DNA of 63,969 nt, filler included, from Chrysochromulina tobinii (lineage: Eukaryota): NCBI GenBank assembly GCA_001275005.1. It is 8 parts of 8 records of this genome, joined end to end, with 100 filler letters (N's around TTAATTAATTAA, not from the genome) between each part and the next. Parts side by side here need not be neighbours in the genome. Positions count along the whole stretch, not along the records: positions 50,971 to 59,634 come from JWZX01000449.1; positions 59,735 to 62,021 come from JWZX01000451.1; 6 more parts are not named here. One strand, 5' to 3'. Each line of letters begins with the position of its first letter. The stretch's first letter is position 1. The notes beneath the pieces are model-generated. The model ran no database searches. It had not been told where the DNA came from and was given only the letters and a program-made list of their open reading frames with translations. Below, piece after piece: positions 51,798 through 62,121 of this stretch. The translations under genes and the position numbers were made by a program.

Positions 51798-54700
51798 TCA
51801 GATCACCTTGAGATGGTACAGCTCCCCCGACTGCGCGCCGGCTGCAACCCTCGGCCAACTCACTGCTATGCACAGTATCGGGCTCGGCGCATAGAACGCT
51901 CCGCCTCCGTCCTTTATGCGAACCGTCGCACCATCGCGCACAACGCCCAGCACAACGCCCAGGGCCTCTGTGCTCAAGGCCGTGACGTCGCGGGGACGTG
52001 ATTCAATGAGGTCGAACGAATCTGCATCCCAGACAATCGTCCTGTCAGACGATCCAGACACGATTTTCCTTCCATCTGGCGAAAATTTCACTGACAAGAT
52101 TCTGTTGCTGTGCCCGTTCAATTTCTCGGCCTTGAGATCCAGCGTGGCAGCGTCCCAGACTCTGATCGTGCCGCCATAGCAGGCGGACACGATCAAAGTC
52201 CCATCGTGGTTGAAGTCGACAGACGAGATGGCGCGATTGTGAGCGTTAACTTTCTCTCTCTTTAGCTGGTCCAGCGTGGCTGCATCGAAGACTTTGATCG
52301 TGTTGGTGCCGCTGCCATAGATGGCGCCAGATGCGCTCACAATCTTGCTACCATTTTCCGAAAAGCCGACAGACGACACGGGGCAATCGTGTGCGTTGTC
52401 CTTCTCGCTCTTCAGCTCCAGTGTAGCGGCATTCCAGAGTCTGATTGTGCCGGCGTCACCTCCAGACACAATCTTGGTCCCGTCCGGCGAGAACTGCACC
52501 GACCTGACAGCGTATGGGTCTGCCCCGCTCTTTTCAGCCTGGAGATCGAGCGTGACTGCGTCCCAGACTCGGATCGTGCCTGGAGTGATCATGTTGCCAG
52601 ACGCAGAGCAAATCTTCGTTCCGTCGGGGGAAAAGGCTACAGAGTTGATGTTCGAGTTGTGGGCATTCTTCATCTGCTCCTCGAGTTCGAGCGTATCTGC
52701 ATCCCAGAGACGGATCGCCTTGTCGTTCGATCCTGAGACAATCTTGGTGCCATCGGGCGAAAAGGCAACCGATCTGATCCAACTGCTGTGCGCGTCCATC
52801 TTCTCAATCTTTAGGCCGAGCGTAGCCGAATCCCACACCCTGATCCTCTTGTCGCGCGACCCGGATACGATCTTGGTCCCGTCGAGCGAAAAGACAACCG
52901 ATTCGACAGCATCGCTGTGGGCCTTGGTCTTCTCAGTCTTGAGATCGAGCGTGGCCGAATCCCAGACGCTGATCGTGCCGTTTTCGAATCCGGCGGCGAT
53001 CCATCCCAATTTGTCGCCTTCGAAAACGGCCACGCTGTGGACGCCGCTTGTACACTCGAGCCACTTCAGGAGCTCCTCTGTGTCCGCGTCGTACACGTAC
53101 ACCACTTTCCCGGCGCCGCCCACAATGCGTGTGGTAGAGACGCCGACCGATTTCACCACGCCCTCATGCGCAAAGGTGGCGATACACGGGTCATCGACCT
53201 GCGGTTTGTTGAGCCATACAATGAGGCGCTGCAGGGGCACGCTCTTGAGCGCGTCGAGGACGACGCTTGTCTGCGGCTGCTGCAGCGCGAGCTGCGCCAC
53301 TGCCTTGCCCCCCTCGCGCTGCAGGACATCGCGGTTGCGCCCGACAAACCGCTTGAGTTTCGCATACTCTGCGGGTGCACTGGCGGCTTCTGCGACGATA
53401 GGCAGCCACGCACCGGGGAGCCCCGCGTGCGCGAGCGCGGTCACAAGGCGCGCGCGCCACCCCTCGCTCGCCGCGCCTCCGAGGCCCGCCGCCTCCACGA
53501 AGCGCTCGCCAAAGGCGTCGCCCTCCTGCACACCCATGAGCACAGCGTTCGTCCACCACGGGTCGCCCACGCGAAAGTCGGGGAGGGCGCGCGCGCCGCC
53601 CTCCGCCAGCGCACGCATCGCGTAGTACTCCTGGAAGGAGAGGTGGAAGGCCTGCATCTGCAACGGCTCCGCTTCGAGTAGGCGCACGAGCGGCAGCTGG
53701 TCTCGCGCCACCAGGGCGCGCAACTCGTCGGCCGCGCGCTGGGCGGCGGCCATGCCGATGCGCATGCCAATGCGCGCGGCGGCAGCGGCGAGGTGCGCCT
53801 CGGTGATGATGCGCTGCTGGGCCGCGTGCGCCTCGAAGAAGGTGGCCTGCAGCAGCGCCACGTCCTCATCAGGCAGCTCGCCGCCACGTGCCAGCATCGT
53901 GCGCGCGGCTACCTCGTACAGCTCAGAGGTCTTCGTCGGCATCGCGATGCCCGCGCGCAACTCGGCGATGGACGCGATCATCGAGAGCATGAGCGGATTT
54001 GACGTCGCGCGGCGGCGCGTCTCGGCGTCGACAGGCGACTTGTTGTGCAGGTAGGGCAGGAGCGCGTCGGCGCGCGTCGGCGTCAGGCGCGTCGCCAGGA
54101 AGGCCGCCTGCTGCTTGTCGCTCAGAGGCGCCAACTTGAGCCTGTGGAAGCCGTGGAAGAGCGCCTCGTCGAGGCCAGCTGGGCGCGAGGTGCACAGCAG
54201 CGCGAGTCGTTGTGGCGCCAGCACCTTGGCAACGTGCGCCTCGATGCGCGCACGCTCCTGCCCGGCCTCGTCGAGGCCGTCGAGGAGGAGGAGGGCGCGC
54301 CGCGCGTCCATCGCGCCGCGCAGCATGCGGTAGTGCGCCGGGGCGCAAGTGAGGCGCAGGTAGGCATCGACCCAATCGGGTGCCGCGGCGAACGTGGCTG
54401 CGTGCTCCCTGAGCGCCTTCTGCAGGCACTGCACCTCGACAAGGATAGGCAGCATGTTGCCGTCGATCGAGTGCATGATCAGCTGCGACATGAGCCACGT
54501 CTTGCCCGCCGCCGGGCCTGCAGTGAGCAGCATGCACGGTCGCGCGCTCGCGTGTATGCCGTTCAGCCACGCACACAGTGAGCGTGCGTCGCGCACGGCG
54601 AGCGGCCGGCCATTGGCATCGTACCCTTCCACGCCGATGGGCACGCACTCCGTGAGCGTGTTGAGCAGGCGGCCGGAGAGGGCGTCAGGGATGTGCGCGT

Positions 54701-57266
54701 GATGCGCGCGCAGACAGTCGAGGTGCCACGCATGAATGGACGCGACGTCTTCCTCGTCGACTGCGCTTGTCGGGACCTCCCACTGTGTCTCGCCCGCCGG
54801 TAGGAAATAGTAGGTATTGCCGCTCGCTGGATCCTTGGCCGAGCCCCAGCCCCGCGGAAGCTGCCCAGCAGCGGTCTCGACCGTGGGCTCAACCGCCGTG
54901 GAGCATTCCTCCCCAGCCGCGGCGGGCATCGGTGGCAGCGCAACCTGCGAACCGACGGTCACCTCGGATGCGAGCGCAAGCACGGATTGCACCACGCCGA
55001 CGATGCGCGCGACGTAGTCGCGATAGAGGGCAGGTACGGTCTCGCTGTCGCTGTTACCGGTGAACGTGGCTTTGGCGATGCGGGCGATAACCTGATCGAC
55101 GCGGTCGGCCAGCTCGCCGGCGGGCGCGTCGCCCCTCTGTGTGGGGAGACCGCTTTGCAGCACGAGCACCTTGGACGGAAGTGCGTCGAGCACCGCCCGC
55201 ACGCGGGGCACGGCGCCCAGCCGTGCGAGCAGCTCGTAGCTCACGGCATTCTCAAAGACGCACCAGCCGCGCTCATCGTACGGGCGCTCGTTGTACAGCG
55301 TGTCGACGCCGTCGCACAGCTCGGCCCACGGCCCCGCGCGCTTGGCAGCGAGCGCCGCCTCGTGCGACGCGAAGCGCACGACGGGCGGGTTGCGCATAAG
55401 CTCCAACGCGACGATGGTCCCGAAGCCGCCGAAAGCCTCGTGGACAGCGGCCTCCCTCGCCATTGGCTTCAGCCCAAACAGGCACAGCGCACCGTGGAAG
55501 GACTCCGGCCGGGGTGGGATCTCGCGCGACTGCAGCACGGTGGTGCCAACGGCTGAGGCGTACACGTCGGCCATGACCATGATCGCACGCCCGAAGGCGG
55601 CCCTCTCGACGGGCGTGCGCTCGCGGTCAGGCAGGTTCTGGAAGAGCGAGGCGTAGTCCCAGAAGAGGCCCTCAATGTGAGGGTGCTGCGCGAGGGCGGC
55701 GCGCACCACGTCTATACGCACGCCGTCCGGGTCGCAGTCTCCGGGCGAAAGCCAGCCTTGTGTGAGCGCGCCCACGCCGCGGTTGCCGCGCCGGAGCAGC
55801 GCGACGGCCTCCTCAGCCGAGAGAAAGGGCGACTCGTCGGCCATCGCCTCGAGCTCCTGCCGCGGTTTCAAGCGCCACCTCTCAGGCTGGCGCAACAGCC
55901 ACGAGACCCGCAGCAGCTTGATGTCACAACCGAGGAGTGCCTCGTCGAGCCGGTCGTCGAGTCCCGAGAGGACGCGAATCAGCACATCGGACGGCGTGCG
56001 GGGCAGCATGGATGGCGTGCGGGGCAGCATGGGGTAGAGGCCCAGCATTGGCTGGCTGTGAATAGGCTGTGAATCGTCTACCCAGAATGGCCGACTCTCG
56101 CCGGGCTTGCCGCCGTGCTGGCTGCTCCTTATCCGACAACCGCCGGCGTCGAAGCGAAACACCTTTGCCGACTCAGACTCCGCCTCCGCCTCCGCCTCGG
56201 TTGCCTGTGCCGCTTGCGCCGCCTGCGCCGCCACTGCAACGGCGTCGTCGTCGTCGATGTCGTCGAGGTTGGTGTCGTCCCCGTCGTCGCAGGCCTTCGG
56301 CCGCGCGGGGTCAAGAGCGTGGCGGCACGGCGGCGGCGGCGCTGCCTCCGCCTCGCGTTGTCTTTTGGCCTCGCGGGCTTCCTTCCTCGCGCCCATGGCG
56401 GAAACAGTGAGCGCCGCCTCGGACGCCTCGTGGGCCGCCGCCGACGCCGCCGACGCGTGGACGCAATGCTCGTCCAAATTCACAGCACACTGCTCGTCCG
56501 TCGCTTGCACCGCCTGCACCGCCTCCAAGCTCAAGGAGCCTCTCGTGCTCACCTTGCTCTCGTCCTCGCTCTCGTCGTCGCGCTCGCTCGGCTCGCCGCC
56601 GCAGCAGTGCGTCGCCGATCGCTTGCGCGGCGTTGGTATGGGCGGCACGGGCCCCGCCGCGGGTGCACCCTCCTCGCCGCCGTTATCCTTCATTCCACCC
56701 ATGTCACCGCCCATACCACCGCGAATCTGCCAAGTCGACCTGCCCCTCCCGGCCGCGTCATAGGCGCTGGCGGCGTGCTGATGGGCGTCCACGGACCACT
56801 CCATCTCTCCTTCGCCCTGGACCGCACCGGCTGGCACATGCGGCACTGCAAACGTTCCCGGAGGCGCCAGGGTGGCGGACGGCGCTAGGGCGGCGGACGG
56901 CGCTAGGGTGGCGGACGGCACCCGCGTGATCGGCGCCAGCCACTTACAGACGAAGTCACCACCACTAGACAGGCGAGTCACAAAGATGACGCTGCCGTCG
57001 TCGAGCTGAGCTTTACGATTGAGGCGGTCGTGGTCTTTCCCGCAGAACCGTCGCATGTATTCCTGATCTTTTTCCGACACGCCCCGAAGGAGAAACTCGA
57101 AAGTGACGGGTGGGATGATATCTTTTCGAGCGTCGTTGAAGCATAGCTCAGCCGGCAACCGTGATATCGTTGCACGATGACCAATGGCGGTGGCAGTGGC
57201 GACCTTCTGTAACTTCCCCTTGGACAAATCTCTGATGATGACAGTCTCATTGGCGACCCCTGCCAT
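51798..57266 (-). CDS. NLR-type STAND ATPase: HET-like domain (with RRM-like insert), WW domain, NACHT, WD40 repeats; start uncertain (ORF open to 57464)
   Basis: ALTQGWL...DPDG...FWDYASLFQ...MADVYA...YDERGWCVFE; LPRGW..D..SG..YY....TQWE.P; GPAAGKT; LLLLDGLDE; SNPLML; multiple AH..V.SV.FSPDG.KIVSGS.D..IRVWD repeats. Confidence 0.88.
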   Translation of the reverse strand: MAGVANETVIIRDLSKGKLQKVATATAIGHRATISRLPAELCFNDARKDIIPPVTFEFLLRGVSEKDQEYMRRFCGKDHDRLNRKAQLDDGSVIFVTRLSSGGDFVCKWLAPITRVPSATLAPSAALAPSATLAPPGTFAVPHVPAGAVQGEGEMEWSVDAHQHAASAYDAAGRGRSTWQIRGGMGGDMGGMKDNGGEEGAPAAGPVPPIPTPRKRSATHCCGGEPSERDDESEDESKVSTRGSLSLEAVQAVQATDEQCAVNLDEHCVHASAASAAAHEASEAALTVSAMGARKEAREAKRQREAEAAPPPPCRHALDPARPKACDDGDDTNLDDIDDDDAVAVAAQAAQAAQATEAEAEAESESAKVFRFDAGGCRIRSSQHGGKPGESRPFWVDDSQPIHSQPMLGLYPMLPRTPSMLPRTPSDVLIRVLSGLDDRLDEALLGCDIKLLRVSWLLRQPERWRLKPRQELEAMADESPFLSAEEAVALLRRGNRGVGALTQGWLSPGDCDPDGVRIDVVRAALAQHPHIEGLFWDYASLFQNLPDRERTPVERAAFGRAIMVMADVYASAVGTTVLQSREIPPRPESFHGALCLFGLKPMAREAAVHEAFGGFGTIVALELMRNPPVVRFASHEAALAAKRAGPWAELCDGVDTLYNERPYDERGWCVFENAVSYELLARLGAVPRVRAVLDALPSKVLVLQSGLPTQRGDAPAGELADRVDQVIARIAKATFTGNSDSETVPALYRDYVARIVGVVQSVLALASEVTVGSQVALPPMPAAAGEECSTAVEPTVETAAGQLPRGWGSAKDPASGNTYYFLPAGETQWEVPTSAVDEEDVASIHAWHLDCLRAHHAHIPDALSGRLLNTLTECVPIGVEGYDANGRPLAVRDARSLCAWLNGIHASARPCMLLTAGPAAGKTWLMSQLIMHSIDGNMLPILVEVQCLQKALREHAATFAAAPDWVDAYLRLTCAPAHYRMLRGAMDARRALLLLDGLDEAGQERARIEAHVAKVLAPQRLALLCTSRPAGLDEALFHGFHRLKLAPLSDKQQAAFLATRLTPTRADALLPYLHNKSPVDAETRRRATSNPLMLSMIASIAELRAGIAMPTKTSELYEVAARTMLARGGELPDEDVALLQATFFEAHAAQQRIITEAHLAAAAARIGMRIGMAAAQRAADELRALVARDQLPLVRLLEAEPLQMQAFHLSFQEYYAMRALAEGGARALPDFRVGDPWWTNAVLMGVQEGDAFGERFVEAAGLGGAASEGWRARLVTALAHAGLPGAWLPIVAEAASAPAEYAKLKRFVGRNRDVLQREGGKAVAQLALQQPQTSVVLDALKSVPLQRLIVWLNKPQVDDPCIATFAHEGVVKSVGVSTTRIVGGAGKVVYVYDADTEELLKWLECTSGVHSVAVFEGDKLGWIAAGFENGTISVWDSATLDLKTEKTKAHSDAVESVVFSLDGTKIVSGSRDKRIRVWDSATLGLKIEKMDAHSSWIRSVAFSPDGTKIVSGSNDKAIRLWDADTLELEEQMKNAHNSNINSVAFSPDGTKICSASGNMITPGTIRVWDAVTLDLQAEKSGADPYAVRSVQFSPDGTKIVSGGDAGTIRLWNAATLELKSEKDNAHDCPVSSVGFSENGSKIVSASGAIYGSGTNTIKVFDAATLDQLKREKVNAHNRAISSVDFNHDGTLIVSACYGGTIRVWDAATLDLKAEKLNGHSNRILSVKFSPDGRKIVSGSSDRTIVWDADSFDLIESRPRDVTALSTEALGVVLGVVRDGATVRIKDGGGAFYAPSPILCIAVSWPRVAAGAQSGELYHLKVI

Positions 57267-58287
57267 AACGCCCGGCCGTTGCCCCTCGTCGTGCTGACGC
57301 CAACGCGAGCAGTTCGAGCGAGAGATACACGGAAAAACACAACAAAGCGAGGGGCCTTGTCTTTCCGGTGCAGCACATGCGCGGCGGCTTCGCGAGTTGC
57401 TGCGGGCTCCAGGCACGACCTTTTCAACTGTGATGTTGCTGCTGTGAAACACAAACGCGCACACTCTCCGGACCCCCCAAGCACGGGGTCCTCTATCGCA
57501 ATGGACGGAGGTGTGACTGTGCGAGAAGGCTCCACAGTCACACCTTCAATTAACGTGAACGAAACGTTTCGAGAAGGCTCCACAGGTCCCGTGGAGGCAC
57601 AGCGTGGAGGGCGCTTCTCGGAAACCGCAAGCCCGGCTCACAGCCGTTTCACACAGAGCTGCGCGGCTTCAGTGAGCGTCAACCTGGTGTTTCTTTCACA
57701 GGAGGGAGACGGGACAACACGAGACAGACGTACACGGTTCACATAACGAACCTCAAAGAACCGAACCGACTCACCGTGCATGCATGTATGCGAGTTGCAT
57801 GCTTGTTGCATGCATGGTAGTTTCACCCGCCCACCGGCGCTCCGGGCTCGACAGTACGGGTCGAGGTGCTGCCCCTGCCCCCCCTTAACGTTGTTCGCTG
57901 TGGAAGACAACCAATCTAGCGCTTCCTAGGCCGCTAGCGCTAGAACCCACCATCTAACTCATGCAATCAATTCGTCGATCCATTCGTGGAGTGAGTTGTC
58001 TCTCTCGTAAATGTCACATGCGGATAGTAGCCTGAGCAACCCCGCTGGCCCTCCTGCTTACGCTCCACTTCTCTCGCAATGCATACCTCACAAATGGTCT
58101 TCCTTTCTTTTCAGGCTCCGAGCTTGACGTGCGGCGCGTCCCCGCGCACAGCGATGGAAGTCTTTATCGAGGCTCTTGGTAGGGCACATAGTCGGTAGAG
58201 GCGGGGTAGAAGCTGGGGGAGGACCTGGGGGCATACCTGGCTGAAGCTCGCCTGGGCGCTTGTCAAGGGATATGGCGGCACTGAAGA

Positions 58288-59634
58288 TTAAGGAACCGAT
58301 TTGGGCAGCCGGCGGAGCTGCGAAGCGCGCGCCCGAGATAGCCTCTCGTGTACGGATTCAAAACGGTGCACGAGAGTTGGCACTATCCGCTCGTCTACCG
58401 CTTTGTTACGATCTGGATGCTGCTCTGGCCAGTCGATGCTCATCCCATATTCGTCATTCTCATCCTCATCAGTGTCAAACATCAACACGGTCCTGTTCAT
58501 GCTCTCAATCAGCCACCGCATCCCGGGACGCATCTCCACACTCGATGTGGCAACCTCCGGGTCTGAGTGTATCGACACGTCTGCTGCCACTCCAACCGAA
58601 CCCTTTGCACGGCTGCGCACTTGACCTTGTGGGTGCGTGGTATTCTGACTCAAACCTTCGAAGGAGCTGATTGAGTCCCGGCTAGCGTCCCAGTCGCTGA
58701 CAACGCTGCCGCCGAGCAAAGCGGCTGAATCGGCAACAGCAGCGGCTTTCGGATCTGCCACAAACGCCAAGAATGCGAGGTCGCCCCTTGTGGCCGCCTC
58801 CCTCGCGTCTCCCTGCCTAGCCTCCGCCCTCGCGGCCTCAAGCTTCTCGAGGGCGGCAGCCGCTTCCTCTTCCAAGCTTTTCAGCCTTTCGCTCTCAACG
58901 AACTTTTGCCGCTTAAGGGTGGCGGCCTCCGTGTTCTGGCGCTCAAGGTGCTCCTGTGCGACCGCCACCTCCATCTCCGACGCGCCGCCGTTTCCGCCCC
59001 AGGCGAGCAAAGCGGCAGCAGCAGCGGCTTTCGGATCCGCCACAAACGCCAAGAAAGCGAGGTCGCCCCTCGCGGCCGCCTCCCTCGCGGCCGCCTCCCT
59101 TGCGGCCTCGACAGCGGGTGGCGCGGAGGAGGGTTCGGTTGCGGCTGCAAACGGCTCCACCGCCGCTGCCGACGTTGCCACCTTTGCCACGGGCTCAAGC
59201 ACAAGCTCCACCACCGCCGTCTCTGCCGCTGCTGGCTTCGTTGCCGCGTGCACGTCTGTGAGCAGTGATCGAGCTTGTGGTTGTTTGGAGTTCGAACTCG
59301 AAGCTTTAAAGAAGCCGAAGGAGCTGAGAGAGCCCCATGCTTTTTCTCGTTGTTTGGAGTTCGGACTCGAAGCTTCAAAGAAGCCGAAGGAGCTGAAAGA
59401 GCCCCATGCTTTTTCTCCAGCCATCCTTCTCTTCGCCTGACGTCCACGTCTGGTTGTGCCGACACGTAGCTTTTCTGTGGAGGCCGAATCTGATTCTGTA
59501 GAAAATGAACCAGTAGCTTTCAAGACTGGACCTGCTGCCTGACCGCCTCCAACTGAGCTCAAGAATCCCGAGCGAACTTGTTCAAAGTACTGCTCGTCCA
59601 CCTTGATGAAGCTGTCAATCCGGAGGAGCACCTC
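58288..59634 (-). CDS. Hypothetical Ala-rich coiled-coil protein with internal duplications, 5'-partial
   Basis: 447-codon ORF; 69-nt tandem duplication at 59280-59417; RGDLAFLAFVADPKAAA occurs twice. Confidence 0.5.
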   Translation of the reverse strand, partial: EVLLRIDSFIKVDEQYFEQVRSGFLSSVGGGQAAGPVLKATGSFSTESDSASTEKLRVGTTRRGRQAKRRMAGEKAWGSFSSFGFFEASSPNSKQREKAWGSLSSFGFFKASSSNSKQPQARSLLTDVHAATKPAAAETAVVELVLEPVAKVATSAAAVEPFAAATEPSSAPPAVEAAREAAAREAAARGDLAFLAFVADPKAAAAAALLAWGGNGGASEMEVAVAQEHLERQNTEAATLKRQKFVESERLKSLEEEAAAALEKLEAARAEARQGDAREAATRGDLAFLAFVADPKAAAVADSAALLGGSVVSDWDASRDSISSFEGLSQNTTHPQGQVRSRAKGSVGVAADVSIHSDPEVATSSVEMRPGMRWLIESMNRTVLMFDTDEDENDEYGMSIDWPEQHPDRNKAVDERIVPTLVHRFESVHERLSRARASQLRRLPKSVP

Positions 59635-59824
59635 NNNNNNNNNNNNNNNNNNNNNNNNNNNNNNNNNNNNNNNNNNNNTTAATTAATTAANNNNNNNNNN
59701 NNNNNNNNNNNNNNNNNNNNNNNNNNNNNNNNNNCTTACGGAAGTAAGGAAGCATGGATGCTCACGGGAGAGGACGTTAGGGTTAGGGGTCAAAAGAGGA
59801 GAATGAGAGAAGAAATGACCCTGA

Positions 59825-59882
59825 CCCTAACCCTAACCCTAACCCTAACCCTAACCCTAACCCTAACCCTAACCCTAACCCT
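59825..59882. repeat. Telomere-type (CCCTAA)9 array, interstitial or subtelomeric
   Basis: Perfect CCCTAA repeats, with degenerate CCCTCA/CCCTAA variants downstream. Confidence 0.92.
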
Positions 59883-60473
59883 TTGTGATGATCACCCTCA
59901 CCCTCAACCTCACCCTCATCGTAACCCAAACCCTTCGTGGATCGGACTGAATCTGTATAACACGAAACAAGTGAACCGCACTTCGTGGACATTTGTGATG
60001 ATCACCCTCACCCTCAACCTCACCCTCATCGTAACCCAAACCCTTAGTAAAAGCTCTGTTATACAAATACCGACACCCGTGCCACTATACAAAGACCGGC
60101 CCTAACCTAGACAACCCTAAAGGGCCTTGAGGACTTTGCACATCCACCCATCCCGTGCCTAACCCTAACCCGTGCCAAAGAGGACTGTTACACTCGAGCT
60201 CCCTGACCCCCTAACCCATAATCAGCGATGGCTGGTGCCGGTGCCAAGCAAGAACTTGGCACTCGAGCTCCCTGGCCAAGCACTCGATGCTGGATAGCCG
60301 CACTCAATCTCCCTGACCCCTACCCCCATATCGTTTGGCCGGTGCCGGTGTCAAGCAAGAACTTGGCACTCGAGCTCCCTGGCCGAGCACACTGCTGAGA
60401 TTGCCAAGTATTCTGCGATAGCCAAGTACTCTGCAATAGCCAAGTACACGGCTGAGACCCCGTCGGCATGCCC

Positions 60474-62021
60474 TTACATGCCATCTGGGAGCAAGCGACG
60501 AGGCGGCCGGAAGCCGCCACCACGTCCACCACCAAGACCACCACGCCCACCACCTCGTGCCACAGGTGGCCCAAAGCTCATACCACCATTCGCTTGGGCC
60601 TGGGCCTGGGCCTGGGCCTCGGTTGCTGCCCTGGCTGCTTCGAGCTGCTGTGCATGTGAACGGCGTGAAGCTCGGAGGATAAGTACTTCGACCATCGGGA
60701 GGGTGAGCAACAGACGACGAAGGGCATACATGAATCGTGCCAGAGGCGCCTCTGTGCCAGGCTCTAACCCATCCAAGAGCGAGGGCCCCTCATCATCTGC
60801 AGTGCGATCATGCTGCACACTTATCGTTCGGAAGCCCTGTCTTTGGAGCCCAGCCCGGTCGTTTTGCCGCCCGACAGGGTTTCTCTCATTGTCAGCATAA
60901 GCCTCGGCGAGAAGCGTGCCCAGCTCAGCTGCACTAGGTCCCAGCACACGAACCGTTTGTTGTCTCTGGCGAGGGTTGAACACAAGTTGGAACCGCACCC
61001 AGTGAGGCTCAAGGAGGAGATGCCTCTGGCACTGTCTCCCCTGGGATGTCCAAAGATATGATGGATGCGCCTGGACAAAGTCACTCAAAGTTCGAAGGCA
61101 TTGATCCCAATACCTCTGCTGATCGAGAGGCCCAATCCTCAGGGTGCACATGTATCCAAGATCCTTCATCAGACCCTCCAGATCGTCAGAACCGATGGGC
61201 TGACCAGGAGGGGGCAAAGCCTCTGACAAAGCCGGAGCCAGCACCCCAAAATCTCGAAGGCTCAGCAGACCAACTGCAACGTCTCTGGGGTTGCTCGAAC
61301 AAATTTGTTGTCTTGCTCGGGCGATGCGCATGTAAGCCTGCCGATCTTCAAGGGGAAGCTCTGAGTCAGGATCCAAGCATGGAGGCTCCTCGATGACGCC
61401 TTCCCCACACGGCCAAGCACTGGGACCAGCTGCAAAGGCCGTGTCGAGTTGGTGCTGAATTTGAGCAAGCTGAACGTCGAGGCCCCACGAGTCCATCACC
61501 TGTTCTTGCTCAAAGTCCTCGAGGTACGTTGGAAGCACACCGCCGTGCTGAGCGAGAAGGGCCTGCACTTGGTAAGGTTCCACTGTCGCGACCAACGCTT
61601 GAAAGGCTTCCCAAATCTGATGCTGGCCGTGGGAATCCAGATACGCCTCAACCCCAGGCAGGATTTGTGCAATCGGGGCATAGCCCATCACCGTTTCCGG
61701 TGTTGGAAGGCCATGCTGCATGAGTGCCCATTGAATCACCATATTGTGAGTGAATGAATATGTAGTCGTTGGAAAGGAAGTAGCTTCCACCCGACGGTGG
61801 CCGTGAATGAAGAAGATATACGGGTGAGCTGGAGGGGGCGGAAGAACACCCTGCCCAAAGCTCAAGCCAGGCATCAGCCTTTCGGCCTCTTCATCAGCCT
61901 CGGACCGGCCAGCACGGGCGGGGGCAAGAGCGACGACGGGGATGAGCTGGGAGGCAGGGGGGGCGGCGAAGGTACCACCGGAGACAGCACCGTGAGAACC
62001 AGCACCGTGAGAACCAGCACC
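60474..62021 (-). CDS. Hypothetical protein with C-terminal RGG tail, probably 5'-partial
   Basis: 466-codon ORF whose frame stays open upstream towards the contig end; no recognised domain. Confidence 0.5.
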   Translation of the reverse strand, partial: GAGSHGAGSHGAVSGGTFAAPPASQLIPVVALAPARAGRSEADEEAERLMPGLSFGQGVLPPPPAHPYIFFIHGHRRVEATSFPTTTYSFTHNMVIQWALMQHGLPTPETVMGYAPIAQILPGVEAYLDSHGQHQIWEAFQALVATVEPYQVQALLAQHGGVLPTYLEDFEQEQVMDSWGLDVQLAQIQHQLDTAFAAGPSAWPCGEGVIEEPPCLDPDSELPLEDRQAYMRIARARQQICSSNPRDVAVGLLSLRDFGVLAPALSEALPPPGQPIGSDDLEGLMKDLGYMCTLRIGPLDQQRYWDQCLRTLSDFVQAHPSYLWTSQGRQCQRHLLLEPHWVRFQLVFNPRQRQQTVRVLGPSAAELGTLLAEAYADNERNPVGRQNDRAGLQRQGFRTISVQHDRTADDEGPSLLDGLEPGTEAPLARFMYALRRLLLTLPMVEVLILRASRRSHAQQLEAARAATEAQAQAQAQANGGMSFGPPVARGGGRGGLGGGRGGGFRPPRRLLPDGM

Positions 62022-62121
62022 NNNNNNNNNNNNNNNNNNNNNNNNNNNNNNNNNNNNNNNNNNNNTTAATTAATTAANNNNNNNNNNNNNNNNNNNNNNN
62101 NNNNNNNNNNNNNNNNNNNNN

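Noticed and set aside
1..57464. PARP, RING-ANK-LRR and NLR genes as a defence island
   Set aside because: They lie on different contigs, so there is no evidence of linkage
61875..61900. Hammerhead-like CTGATGA..GGCCGAAAGGC on the minus strand
   Set aside because: No GAAA follows the stem, and the sequence reads as in-frame coding (EADEEAERL)
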